From: an uncultured Planctomycetaceae bacterium
GTDB lineage: Bacteria; Planctomycetota; Planctomycetia; Pirellulales; PALSA-1355
Assembly (NCBI GenBank): GCA_963785305.1
Contig: CAWAUV010000005.1
Coordinates: forward strand, 160,001 to 224,000
DNA: 64,000 nucleotides
Direction of reading: 5' to 3'
Part shown: one piece after another, positions 43,724 through 54,137 of the stretch
Layout: every line of letters starts with the position of its first letter
Numbering within the stretch: position 1 is the stretch's first letter
Translations under genes and position numbers: made by a program
Notes under the pieces: model-generated
The model's database searches: none
What the model was told of the DNA's origin: nothing
The model's input: only the letters and a program-made list of their open reading frames with translations

Positions 43724-45761
43724 TTACCAAATGCGGAACAGCACCTTGGTTTGCACCCAGGCGAAGAGGTCGTGCAGATAGACATAGCCGATCGGGGCGA
43801 GCCCGCAATTGATCTTGGCGTTGACCGTGGCCCCGGGGCGGCGGTCTTGAATATCGTTCTTGTCGATCGCCACCTTGACCAGCACCACATTGCCTTCGTC
43901 GCCCTGGGGTTCGGCCTTGGCGGCCACTTCCTTAATATGGCCTTGATGCTTCTCGCCCGGGTCGGTCGCCAGGATATAGGTGACATCGAGCTCGGGCTTG
44001 ATATCTTTTTGAGCTTCGACGATGTGGCCGATCTTTTCCTCGGGCATTTGCAGTTCAAGCTCCCAATCGCCGGTCGGGTCGGCGACGCTCATCAACACTT
44101 GCCCTTCGCGCACCGGGCGATGAATCAACAGATCGCGCACCTGCCAGGTGACGATCAGGCCATCGATCGGGCTCAGCACCTTGAGTTGATCGCGCTTCTG
44201 CTGGAGTAGCTTGAGTTGCTTGCCCAAGCTTTCGAAGGTCTTCATCAATTGCAGCAGTTGACCGCGGAGCCGGCTTTGCTCCTCGCTCGTGAGCTTGGGT
44301 TCGTCGACCAGAGTGCGGCGGATCGAAAGAATCTGTTCTTGCGTGCTGGTGCGCTGGCCGGCGATGTCGGTGTACTTCGACTCGAGATCGGTGTTGCGCA
44401 TCGTGGCCAGCAACTCGCCTTTTTTCACCGTCTGGCCATGTTTGACCGCCACATCGATCACCACGCCGTCGAGCGAGGCGAATACATCGCGCCGGATCGA
44501 GGGCTGCAAGGTTCCCTTGCTATCCAGATTGAACCGCCACGGCACGATCGCCAGCAGCCAAGAGCGCCACCAACACCGCGACCCCCACCGCGATCGTCTT
44601 GGGCAGTGTGCGGGCCTCGACGACCCATTTCGCCTTGCCAAGCTGCTCCCAAACCGGCATCAAAAACAGGCCGCGATGCTCGAGCGCGTTGGAGAGCGCG
44701 ATCGCGCTATGCTCGCTCACCACCTCGACCCGTTGCTGCAAGCCTTGCTTCGGCTGGCTGTCTTGAATTTGCTCGACGATGATCGCGCCGAACACTTCGG
44801 GCGGCTCGACGACCTCGTCGGTCGTCGTGGGCGGTTCTTGCGGGCGCTTGAGCGGAATGATGCCCACGGCCTTCGAGTGGGCCTCGTCGATATAGGCTTG
44901 CACCGCTTCTTCCACTTGCGGCGCCATGTGGGTGGTGTCGCCGGTGTACCACACGGTTTCGCCGCTGGCGGTGACGGCCGTGGCCAGTTCGCCCAGGAGC
45001 GTGACGATGTTCGATCGCTTGTCGAACAGGTCTTGTCCACTGACCGACTCGATCACGGCCCGCTTGCCGCGCACGATCGCGACGCTGACTCGGTCGCAAT
45101 CGATTAGCCGGCGGCCTTCGTTGGCCACGGTATAGGCGGTGGCGCGAACATCGAGACTGCGGTGCGCGAGCCGGGTAAAGTTTTCAAGCTGGGCCCACAG
45201 GGTTTGCCGATCGGAAAAATGCCGCAGCTCGCGAGTCTTGAGATAATCGCTCGCCAATTCGCACATCTGCAACACGAACCGCAAGTAGCCGCGTTGCACG
45301 TCGAGCGTTCCGCCCGGGCGCTGAAACACTTCGACCAGTCCCTGAATATCGGAGCCGCCGCGCAGGGGGCCGAAGACCATGAGCATGTCGGTGGTGTTGG
45401 CGCCTTCGGACTCATCGCCGGGGCCCGAGCGCGGGTTGACCAGCAGGCCCTCGGGGCAGGTCATGGCTTTTTGGAGCAAGAGGGCGTGGCGCCGCTGATT
45501 TTCCTCGCTTTCGGCCAGCCGGGTATCGCGAAGGTTGATCTGATATTGGAGCTCGAGCCGGCCATCGACCATCGTCCACACCGCGCCGCCGATCGCGGCC
45601 AGGGCTTGCACCACCCGGTTCAAGAGCGCGTCGTAAAACTCGAGCGGGGCGAGATCGGATTTCGAAAGCTGGGATATCTCTTTGACCAAGCCGCGAATCT
45701 GCTGCTTGGTTTGCTCGACGAGATCGGGATTGACGGACTGCTCGGTGCTCATGCTGCTCAT
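43724..45761 (-). CDS. GAF-like domains + TM + HlyD periplasmic adaptor (indel near 44560)
   Basis: N-terminal GAF-like repeats (AIGGAVWT; NEGRRLIDCDRVSVAI); SLDGVVIDVAVKHGQTVKKGE, SPIDGLIV. Confidence 0.85.
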
Positions 45762-46616
45762 TGTGCTCAAGGTCCGTCGTCGGGAACTTTAATTAAGAAG
45801 TGACAAGGGATGGCTCTCGGCCGGGGGGCGATCCGGTTGCGGCTTCCATTGCACTCGCAATTGCCGTTCCTGAAAATTAGCTTTCCCGAAGAATAACGCG
45901 AACGGCGATCAAAATGATACGCGAGCTTTGTTCTCGAAATATTTCGTTTTCGGCGTCCGAAGCTTGAATTCAGGCCCCCGGGGCGTGGCCGACGCATGCC
46001 CAGCCGTCGCGATAGGCTGAGTTTAGGTGATCGCGTAAGTTGTTGCTTAATAAGGCATTGCGGTGCTGCCTGCGGCCTGTCCCAGCCGCCAATCGCGGCG
46101 GCCTGAGCGAATTCGATCTCGAACCTCAAGTGTAGTCAATTTCGGGCGATTTGTCCCGGGAATCCGGTGACGAGGGGAATCTTGAATATCCTATTTCGCC
46201 CGATTGTTCTGCTCGTGAATAGCCGCCCGCGCCGCGGCCGAGGGCCGATTCCCAAGTTGAAACACCATGTCCCCATTTCGCCGTCGCCTTTTGAGACACC
46301 GCGGACCGGGCAATGGTTGCTTCGCGGCGACACCGGGACGCCGAGCGCGTTGCATGGTCGCCACGCCGACGCCCCCTCTCGGGCGCGGATCGAGGCCGAG
46401 CGCCAAATGCCGCTGGAAAGCGGCGCTCCGCCGCAAATTTTGCACGCGCGCCCGACAACGGGGACCGTTGTGACGCCACCCCCCAATGAGCAGCGTTCCA
46501 ACATCGGCGCCGCGAATACCCCGGCCGCTCTTTCATTGGCCCCAGGCGCCGCTCGCGGTACACTTGGAGCTCTTTCCGTTTTTTACTACGCAGCGAAGGC
46601 GGCAGTCGGTCGAATA

Positions 46617-47284
46617 ATGCGCGTTTTATTGCTGGACCATTTTCCGCTAGCCAGCTCCCCGAGCGGGCGGCATTTGCGCGAGATCGCCGATTTGCTGCAA
46701 GCCCGGGGCCACGAGCCGCGGGCACTGGTCGTTGGTCCCGAGCCCCAGCCGCGAGAGGCGTTTGACCTGCGAGTGATGACCTGCGGCGCGGGGGGACAAG
46801 GCGCCGCCGGAGCTGTCGAGCCCGATGTGCCGTTTGCCTTGCCCGGATTCACAGCCACGGCCGGGCAGCGCTTGTTCGAGGACCTTTCGGAGTCGGAATT
46901 GGCCGACTATCGCGAGGCGCTGCGGCGGCGGCTCGACGAGGAGATGGCCGACTTCGATCCGCAATTGATCCATGCCCAATATGTGTGGCTGGGCGGTCAA
47001 CTGGCGCTCGAATCGGCGCGCGCCTTATGTGCTCACGGCCTGGGGCCCGGAGCTGGACATCGCGGCCCGCGACCCGCGCGTATCAGGCGCTGGTGGATCA
47101 GGCGGCGGAAAACGCGAGCCGCATTCTGGCGGTGAGCGATCGCGTGGCCCGACGGCTGACGACGCGGTTCGACACGCTGGCCGACCGGGTGCTGACGGCG
47201 CCGCCCGAAAAGATTGAAAACGGCGCGAGCCTCGACCTGGTCTCCCTCTACGACCACATGCTCCGCGAACGCTACGGCTGCTGA
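46617..47284 (+). CDS. Glycosyltransferase family 4 N-terminal domain-only protein (indels)
   Basis: MRVLLLDHFPL...FDPQLIHAQY...PYVLTAWG...ILAVSD. Confidence 0.7.
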
Positions 47285-47375
47285 ATGGAGAGCGGAGCGG
47301 CGGCTGGGCCCAATCCCTGCCCGCGGCGTAGACAAGGGGGCGCCACCATATCGGCGGTGGCCCCGTCGGTCCCTG

Positions 47376-48892
47376 TGTCATGCGCCATTAGAAATGTCCC
47401 CATTGTCGCGGCCTCGAAAGGAGGCGGCGATGGAGACATGGACGATGAGCGTCAAGGAGTTGCGGCGTTTGGCCGCGTTTGGTCGCGTGCTGGATAAGAG
47501 TTGGAGTTTGGGCGAGGCGGCGCGGCAGTTGAAGATCAGCTATCGCCAGGCCAAGCGGTCGTGGTCTCGTTACCAGCGAGATGGGACGGCCGGCTTGTCG
47601 CATGGCCTGCGTGGCCGTGCTAGCAACCGTGGCCGGCGGAGCGAGCAACGGGAGCGGGCGTTGGAGCTGTTTCGAGAGAAATACGCGGACTACGGGCCGA
47701 CCTTGGCGGCCGAATGCCTGGCGAGCGAAGACGGCTTGCGGGTTTCGGCGGGCTCGTTGCGGCGGTGGTTGCTTGCGGCGGGACTGTGGACCCGGGAGCG
47801 ACGGCGGGCCAAGCACCGCCGCCGCCGACCGCGGCGTCCGCGGCTTGGCGACTTGGAGCAGATGGACGGCTCGCATCACGACTGGTTCGAGGGACGCCGC
47901 GGCTGGGCCGTGCTGATGGTCATCATCGACGACGCGACGGGCGCGATTTACGCCCGGTTCTTCGAAGCCGAGACGTTGGAGGCGGCACAAGAAACGTTTG
48001 GCCGTTACGTCCGCCGACACGGCTTGCCAGCGGGATTGTACGTCGATCAGGCTAGCATTTATCGTGCGGATCGCGAGCCGACGCCGGAGGAGCTGGCCCG
48101 CGGAAAGCGGCCTGAAACGCAGTTCGGCCGGGCCATGCGCGAGCTGGACGTGGAACTGATCCTGGCCCGCAGCCCCCAGGCCAAAGGTCGCGTCGAGCGG
48201 GTCAACCGCACGTTGCAAGATCGGCTGGTCAAGGCCTTGCGGCGATTCGGAATCAGCGACCTGACGAGCGCCAATGCGTTCTTGGAAGAGACGTTCCTGG
48301 GCGAGTTCAATACACAATTCGGCCGATCGGCGGCCGACCCCAGCGACGCCCATCGGCCGCTGCCGGCGGGCGTGGACCTCGATCGGGTTCTCTCGGCGCG
48401 CGAACTGCGCACGGTGCAGTTCGACTGGACGATGCGTTGGCGAAACCGTTTCTTGCAATTGCCCGCCGAGTCGGCGCCTTTCGTCCAGCCCGGCCAGAAA
48501 GTGGAGGTGTGCCAACAGCCCGATGGGCGGCTGCGGATTTTCTCGGGCGGCCGCGAGTGGACTTGGACAGCGGCTGACGTTCGTCCGCCGGCGGCGCGCA
48601 AGCGTCCGCAACGGACCGGACCGACCGGTTCGAGCCAAGGCCAACGCCCAGCCGCCAACCACCCTTGGCGGGGCCGGAAACTGCGCTCCCACGACCTTCC
48701 AAGAGCCCGATCTTGTCGCCACCGGATGACGACCCCCGGCCGCGAAAATTGGCTGCTATCACGGAGGCGAGCGCTAGCGAGCCGGAGTGATAGCAGCCAA
48801 TTTTTCCTTTTCCAAAAACCCCTTCAACCCTTTAACCAACGGGGACATTTCTATTGAACGCCCAATGGGGACATTTCTAATGGTTGACAACA
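47376..48892 (+). mobile_element. IS1202-like (ISNCY) insertion sequence
   Basis: 30-bp IRs TGTCATGCGCCATTAGAAATGTCCCCATTG / TGTTGTCAACCATTAGAAATGTCCCCATTG; extra TAGAAATGTCCCC copy at right end; about 18-bp flanking direct repeat. Confidence 0.9.
47430..48857 (+). CDS. DDE transposase with N-terminal HTH (IS1202/ISNCY type)
   Basis: HGLRGRASN, YADYGPTLAAE, QMDGSHHDWFEGR, LYVDQASIY, SPQAKGRVERVNRTLQDRL; strong RBS AAGGAGG. Confidence 0.92.
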   Translation: METWTMSVKELRRLAAFGRVLDKSWSLGEAARQLKISYRQAKRSWSRYQRDGTAGLSHGLRGRASNRGRRSEQRERALELFREKYADYGPTLAAECLASEDGLRVSAGSLRRWLLAAGLWTRERRRAKHRRRRPRRPRLGDLEQMDGSHHDWFEGRRGWAVLMVIIDDATGAIYARFFEAETLEAAQETFGRYVRRHGLPAGLYVDQASIYRADREPTPEELARGKRPETQFGRAMRELDVELILARSPQAKGRVERVNRTLQDRLVKALRRFGISDLTSANAFLEETFLGEFNTQFGRSAADPSDAHRPLPAGVDLDRVLSARELRTVQFDWTMRWRNRFLQLPAESAPFVQPGQKVEVCQQPDGRLRIFSGGREWTWTAADVRPPAARKRPQRTGPTGSSQGQRPAANHPWRGRKLRSHDLPRARSCRHRMTTPGRENWLLSRRRALASRSDSSQFFLFQKPLQPFNQRGHFY

Positions 48893-48997
48893 GGGCCGCG
48901 TCGGTCCCTGCTTCCCCGCTGGGGGGAAACGGATTAAGATACGGCCGGAATTTTCCTAAGTCGTATCGCGCCCGTTGTTTCTTGAGCGAGGACCACG

Positions 48998-50782
48998 TTG
49001 TTACGCACCCATACCTGCGGCGAGCTGCGCCGCGAGCATCTTGGCCAATCCACCACGCTTTGCGGCTGGGTCGATAGTTATCGCGACCATCGCGGAGTGT
49101 TGTTCGTCGATCTGCGCGATCGCTACGGCAAGACCCAAGTGGTGTTCGATCCCGATTGCGGCGCCGCCCAGGAACTTGCCCGCACGCTGCGGAGCGAGTT
49201 CGTCATTCGCGTCGAAGGGCGGGTCGAACATCGGCCCGAGGGCGCGACCAACGCCAAGATTCCGACCGGCGAGATCGAAGTGCGCGTCGAGCGGGTCGAG
49301 ATTCTCAACAAGAGCCTCACCCCGCCGCTCTTGCCCACCGGCCAGTCGCTGCCCAACGAAGACTTGCGGCTGAAGTATCGCTATCTCGACCTGCGCCGCC
49401 CGGAAATGCAAAACACGCTGCTGCTGCGGCATGCGATCGTGCGCGGGATGCGGAACTATTTCGACGCCGAGGGCTTTATCGATGTCGAGACCCCGATGCT
49501 CGGCCGTAGCACCCCGGAAGGCGCGCGGGATTACCTCGTGCCCAGCCGCGTGCATCCCGGCTCGTTCTACGCCCTACCCCAGTCGCCGCAGCTTTATAAG
49601 CAGATTCTCATGATCGCCGGCTACGACCGCTATGTGCAAGTGGCCCGGTGTTTTCGCGATGAAGACCTGCGGGCCGATCGCCAGCCGGAATTCACGCAGC
49701 TCGATGTCGAGATGGCGTTTGTCGATTCGGAAGACGTGATCGGCATTATCGATGGTCTGGCCGCGAAGCTGGCCCGCGACGTGTTGGGCCTGGAGCTTCA
49801 AACCCCGTTGCCGCGCATGACCTACGACGACGCGATGGAGCACTACGGCCACGACGCGCCCGACTTGCGGTTCGACATGCGGCTCGTCGACCTGACGGAT
49901 ATCGCGGCCCAAGTCGAGTTTCGCGTGTTTCGCGCCACGGCCGATTCGGGCGGCCGGGTGCGCGGCGTCAATGCTCGCGGGGCGTCGGCCAGCTATTCGC
50001 GCAAGGGCATCGACGAACTGACCGAATTCGTCGTCAAGGATTTCGGCGCCAAGGGGCTCGCCTGGTTCAAGGTCGAGGCCGATGGCTCGCTGGCCTCGCC
50101 GATCGCCAAGAATTTTACGGCCGCCGAGCTTGCGCGAATCTCGGAGCGCATGCAAGCCGCGCCGGGCGACCTGCTGCTCTTCGTGGCCGATCGCTTCGAA
50201 GTCACTTGCAAGGCGCTATATGGATTGCGAAAGCGATTCGGCGCCGAGCTCAAGCTCTACGATCCGGCGACGAAGCATTTCTCCTGGGTCGTCGAGTTTC
50301 CGATGTTCGCCTGGGACGAAGAAGAAAAGAGCTGGGCCGCGATGCACCACCCGTTTACCGCCCCGCGAAAGCAAGACATCGAACTGCTCAGTTCCGATCC
50401 GGGCAAGTGCCGCGCCCAGGCATATGACCTGGTGATCAACGGCTCCGAGGCCGGCGGTGGCACGATCCGGATTCACGACCCGGCCACGCAGGCCCGCGTG
50501 TTCGAGCTCTTGGGCATCACGGCCGAACAGGCGCGCGATCGGTTTGGGTTCTTGCTCGACGCGCTTTCCTATGGCGCCCCGCCGCACGGCGGCATCGCCC
50601 TGGGGATCGACCGCTGGGTGATGCTCTTCGGCGGGCTCGACAATATCCGCGATTGCATTGCGTTTCCGAAGACGCAGAAAGCGACGGATATGATGACCGA
50701 AGCCCCCGGCGGCGTCGACCCGCGGCAACTGCGCGACTTGGGCATCCAAATCCGCCGCGCGGAGGGCGCGGCGCCGCGTTGA
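48998..50782 (+). CDS. aspS: Aspartate--tRNA ligase
   Basis: [62 protein letters not shown]. Confidence 0.97.
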   Translation: MLRTHTCGELRREHLGQSTTLCGWVDSYRDHRGVLFVDLRDRYGKTQVVFDPDCGAAQELARTLRSEFVIRVEGRVEHRPEGATNAKIPTGEIEVRVERVEILNKSLTPPLLPTGQSLPNEDLRLKYRYLDLRRPEMQNTLLLRHAIVRGMRNYFDAEGFIDVETPMLGRSTPEGARDYLVPSRVHPGSFYALPQSPQLYKQILMIAGYDRYVQVARCFRDEDLRADRQPEFTQLDVEMAFVDSEDVIGIIDGLAAKLARDVLGLELQTPLPRMTYDDAMEHYGHDAPDLRFDMRLVDLTDIAAQVEFRVFRATADSGGRVRGVNARGASASYSRKGIDELTEFVVKDFGAKGLAWFKVEADGSLASPIAKNFTAAELARISERMQAAPGDLLLFVADRFEVTCKALYGLRKRFGAELKLYDPATKHFSWVVEFPMFAWDEEEKSWAAMHHPFTAPRKQDIELLSSDPGKCRAQAYDLVINGSEAGGGTIRIHDPATQARVFELLGITAEQARDRFGFLLDALSYGAPPHGGIALGIDRWVMLFGGLDNIRDCIAFPKTQKATDMMTEAPGGVDPRQLRDLGIQIRRAEGAAPR

Positions 50783-50980
50783 CGCGGTGCTCGAGCGGGG
50801 TTCTCGGGCCGCATTGACAGCGGGCATGGAACCTATGACACTAGTTGGGGGGCGCCGCGGCGGTCGTCGCGCGTTTTGCGGCGCTGGAGAGCTCGGCGAT
50901 CCGCCGGATTTTTTCGCTAGCGCGCGCTCGGACATCGTTCGGCCACAAGACATGGTTCGGCGCCAAGGGGAGAAGCCGTT

Positions 50981-51884
50981 TTGATTCGATCCGCATTTTT
51001 CGCCGCCTGCTCGCGCGGGCGGGCGCTGCCGCTTTCGGTCGCCGTGCTCGCTTTGGGCCTCGCCCAGGCCGGTTGCTCGCATTCCGAGCCAGCGCGAAAC
51101 CGGCCAGGCTTCCAAGAAAGAATCGGCGACGAGCGAAACGGCTTCCGACACGTCGGGCGCGGCGCACGAGCATGTCGAAAAGCCGGCGCCGAAAGCGAAG
51201 GAGTCGTCGCCCGAGTCTAGCGAAACAGCGATGCCGGAAACCGGTAAACCCGAGGCGACCAAGCCCGCCGGTGAAAAGCCGCGGGATCAAGTCGCCGACG
51301 CCAGCGGTAGAATTCCTCCGCCGACGAAGCCGACGCCTTCGGAGAAGACCGAGCCGGCCGACAAGATGATCGGGCACTTGAACCCGCTCGATCTGGTGAT
51401 GCCGCCGGTGCTGCTCAGCTCGCAGCAGACGGCCACTTGCCTGGTGAAGGTGGGCGATCAGTTTCCCGATTTGACATTGCCCGCGGTTGATGGCGAGGAA
51501 AAATCGCTCAAGGCCCTCTATGGCCCGCGGCTCACGATCATCGCCTTCTTCAAGGAATCGAATCCCTACGCGATCGAGGAACTGAACGATTTGACCCACT
51601 CGGTGGGGCCGCAATTCGCGCCCGAGGGCGTGAAGATGGTTGCGATCGATGTTCAGGACCCGGCCGAGAAGGTGAAGTCCACGGTCGAGCGGCTCGGGAT
51701 CACGTTTCCGGTGCTGCTCGACACCGAAGGCAAGGCTTTTCGTCAGGTGGCGACCGGTTATTTTCCCCGGACCTATGCGGTCGACGCCAGCGGCAAGATC
51801 GTGTGGTTCGATATTGAATACTCCCGCAGCACTCGCCGCGATATGCGCCGGGCGATGCTCACCACGCTGCACACCGGCCAGTAA
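50981..51884 (+). CDS. Redoxin/TlpA-like thioredoxin-fold probable lipoprotein (N-terminal indel)
   Basis: Signal peptide ending AGC; KVGDQFPDLTLP, FPVLLD, FPRTYAVDASGKIVW. Confidence 0.75.
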
Positions 51885-51908
51885 CGCGCTTCCAAGGGTC
51901 GCCATCGC

Positions 51909-52841
51909 TTGACCGCACCGCCGAACGAGAACGTCGCTCTCGCGGCCAGCGCCGCCCTCGCCGCGCCCGCCGCAAGTGGAATTCGCGCGCCGTTGCGGGT
52001 GGCCCTGGCTCAAATCGCGCCTACTCTGGGCGACCAGCGGCGCAACTTAGAACTGCATTTGCAAACGATCGCTCGGGCCCGAACTGAAAACGCCGATCTG
52101 ATCATCTTTCCCGAGCTGTCGCTCACCGGGTATTTCCTCCGCGATATCGTGCCCGAGGTGGCGCTGCGGCGCGACGCTCCGGAGCTTCAGGCTTTGGTCG
52201 ATGCGGCGGCGCCGGCCGGAGTGATTTTCGGCTTTGTCGAGGAATCGCCGGGCCATCAATTTTACAACGCGGCGTATTTCGGCCAGCAAGGCCAGCCGCC
52301 GCGCGTGCATCGCAAGGTGTATCTGCCCACCTACGGACTGTTCGAGGAGCAGCGCTATTTCGCCGCCGGCCGCAGGATCGAAGCCTTCGACACGCCGCGC
52401 TTCGGCCGCGTGGGGCTCTTGGTGTGCGAGGACTTTTGGCATCTGTCGGCCGCGGCCATCATGCAGGCCGAGGAGATCGACTTGCTGGTTTGTCTGGCGA
52501 ATTCACCGGCTCGGGGCGTCGACGCCGCGCGGCCGCGCACCGTCGATGTCTACGATCGGCTCACGGCGGTGTATGCGCAACTGATCGGAGCGGCCGTGGT
52601 GCTGGTGAATCGCGTGGGATTCGAAGACGGTCTTTGCTTCTGGGCGCGAGCCGCGCCGTGGGGCCCGACGGAGGCGCTGATCGCCGAGGCGCCGCTCTTC
52701 GACGAATCGCTCACGATCGCCACGCTCGACCCGGCCGAGCTGCGCCGCGAGCGACTCATCACGCCGCTGGCCCGCGACGAACAATTGCTCGTGACGATCG
52801 AAGAGCTCAACCGCATCAAGCGGGCTCGCTACGGAGGGTAG
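51909..52841 (+). CDS. Nitrilase-family glutaminase subunit of NAD synthetase
   Basis: FPELSLTGY, HRKVYLPTYGLFEEQRYF, VCEDFW (E-K-C triad); adjacent to nadE. Confidence 0.85.
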   Translation: MTAPPNENVALAASAALAAPAASGIRAPLRVALAQIAPTLGDQRRNLELHLQTIARARTENADLIIFPELSLTGYFLRDIVPEVALRRDAPELQALVDAAAPAGVIFGFVEESPGHQFYNAAYFGQQGQPPRVHRKVYLPTYGLFEEQRYFAAGRRIEAFDTPRFGRVGLLVCEDFWHLSAAAIMQAEEIDLLVCLANSPARGVDAARPRTVDVYDRLTAVYAQLIGAAVVLVNRVGFEDGLCFWARAAPWGPTEALIAEAPLFDESLTIATLDPAELRRERLITPLARDEQLLVTIEELNRIKRARYGG

Positions 52842-52863
52842 AGCGAAGACCCGGAGAGATTTG

Positions 52864-53059
52864 GCCACGGAAGGACACGGAAACAACACGGAAAAAAACA
52901 CGAGTTATATTTCGGCGTGAACTGGCTTTGAATGCATGGGAAGGATGGGATGAAGAACGAGACGCATCCTCGGTAATGACTTTGAAACGCGCGACGGCGC
53001 CGAAACAACGCGCTGGAAATAACTTCTAATTCCGTGTTCGTTCCGTGTCCTTCCGTGGC
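52864..53059. repeat. Palindromic element with 30-bp inverted arms built from CACGGAA units
   Basis: GCCACGGAAGGACACGGAAACAACACGGAA (52864-52893) versus revcomp of 53030-53059, 28/30 identical. Confidence 0.9.
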
Positions 53060-53144
53060 GACTCGTATTATTTCCCTATCTCCGCCATGTCCTCCGCGAT
53101 GTCGTTAATCATGCCGCTGTTCCTGGAAAGCGATTGCCTCGTCG

Positions 53145-53986
53145 ATGGATGAATCGATGGCCCACCCGCCCAGTCTGGCGATCGACGCCGGGCTGGTCAC
53201 CGAGATCCTCACGCGGTTCATCCGCTCCGAGATCACGCGCGCCGGCTTCGGCCGCGCCGTGCTGGGGCTCTCGGGCGGCATCGATTCGACCGTGGTCACT
53301 TTTCTGGCGGCCCGGCGCTTGGCCCGCGCAATGTGCTGGCCGTGACGATGCCCTATAAAACGTCGAGCGACGCCACGCGCCGCGATAGCCAGGCCGTGGT
53401 CGACGCGCTGGGGATTCAAGCGCTCGATGCGCCGATCACCGACCCGATCGACGCCTATTTCGCCCGTCAGTCGGGCGCCACCAAGATGCGGCTGGCCAAC
53501 AAATGCGCCCGCGAGCGAATGACCGTGCTCTACGACCAGAGCGCCGCCTTCGAGGCCCTGGTCTTGGGCACCAGCAACAAGAGCGAGCTGCTCTTGGGCT
53601 ACGGCACGCAGTTCGGCGATATGGCCTCGGCGATCAATCCGATCGGCGATCTCTACAAGACTCAGTTGCGCGTGCTGGCCGCGCACTTGGAAGTGCCGGC
53701 CGCCGTGCTCGACAAGCAGCCCACCGGCGACCTATGGGTCGGCCAGACCGACGAAGGCGAGCTCGGCTTTTCCTATGCCGAAGTCGACCGCCTGCTATTC
53801 CTGATGGTCGACCGCCGCTGGCAACGGGCCCAGCTCGTGGCCGCGGGCTTTGGCGAGGCGTTCGTGGAGCGCGTGGCCGAAATGGTCCGCCGCAACCATT
53901 ACAAACGCCGCCTGCCAGTGATCGCGAAGCTAAGCCACCGCACCGTCGACCGCGACTTCCGCTACGCCCGCGACTGGGGAACGTGA
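53145..53986 (+). CDS. nadE: NAD+ synthetase (indel near 53325)
   Basis: GLSGGIDS, ARERM, GTSNKSE..LGYGTQFGD, PIGDLYKTQ, QTDEGELG. Confidence 0.93.
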
Positions 53987-54137
53987 GCCGACGACGTTGG
54001 CCCCATGCGCGATCGGACCACGATTCCGAGGAGTATGTTATCGCGCCGCGGACGATCGAAATCGGAGCTGGGTCCGCGCGAAGCGTGAAGAACCCGTGGA
54101 TGCTCGTGAAAGGCGGTCGCGCCGAAGCGACGAAACA

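Noticed and set aside
48884..48912. Outward-facing TTGACA in the IS right end as a hybrid promoter for aspS
   Set aside because: No -10 hexamer at 16-18 bp spacing
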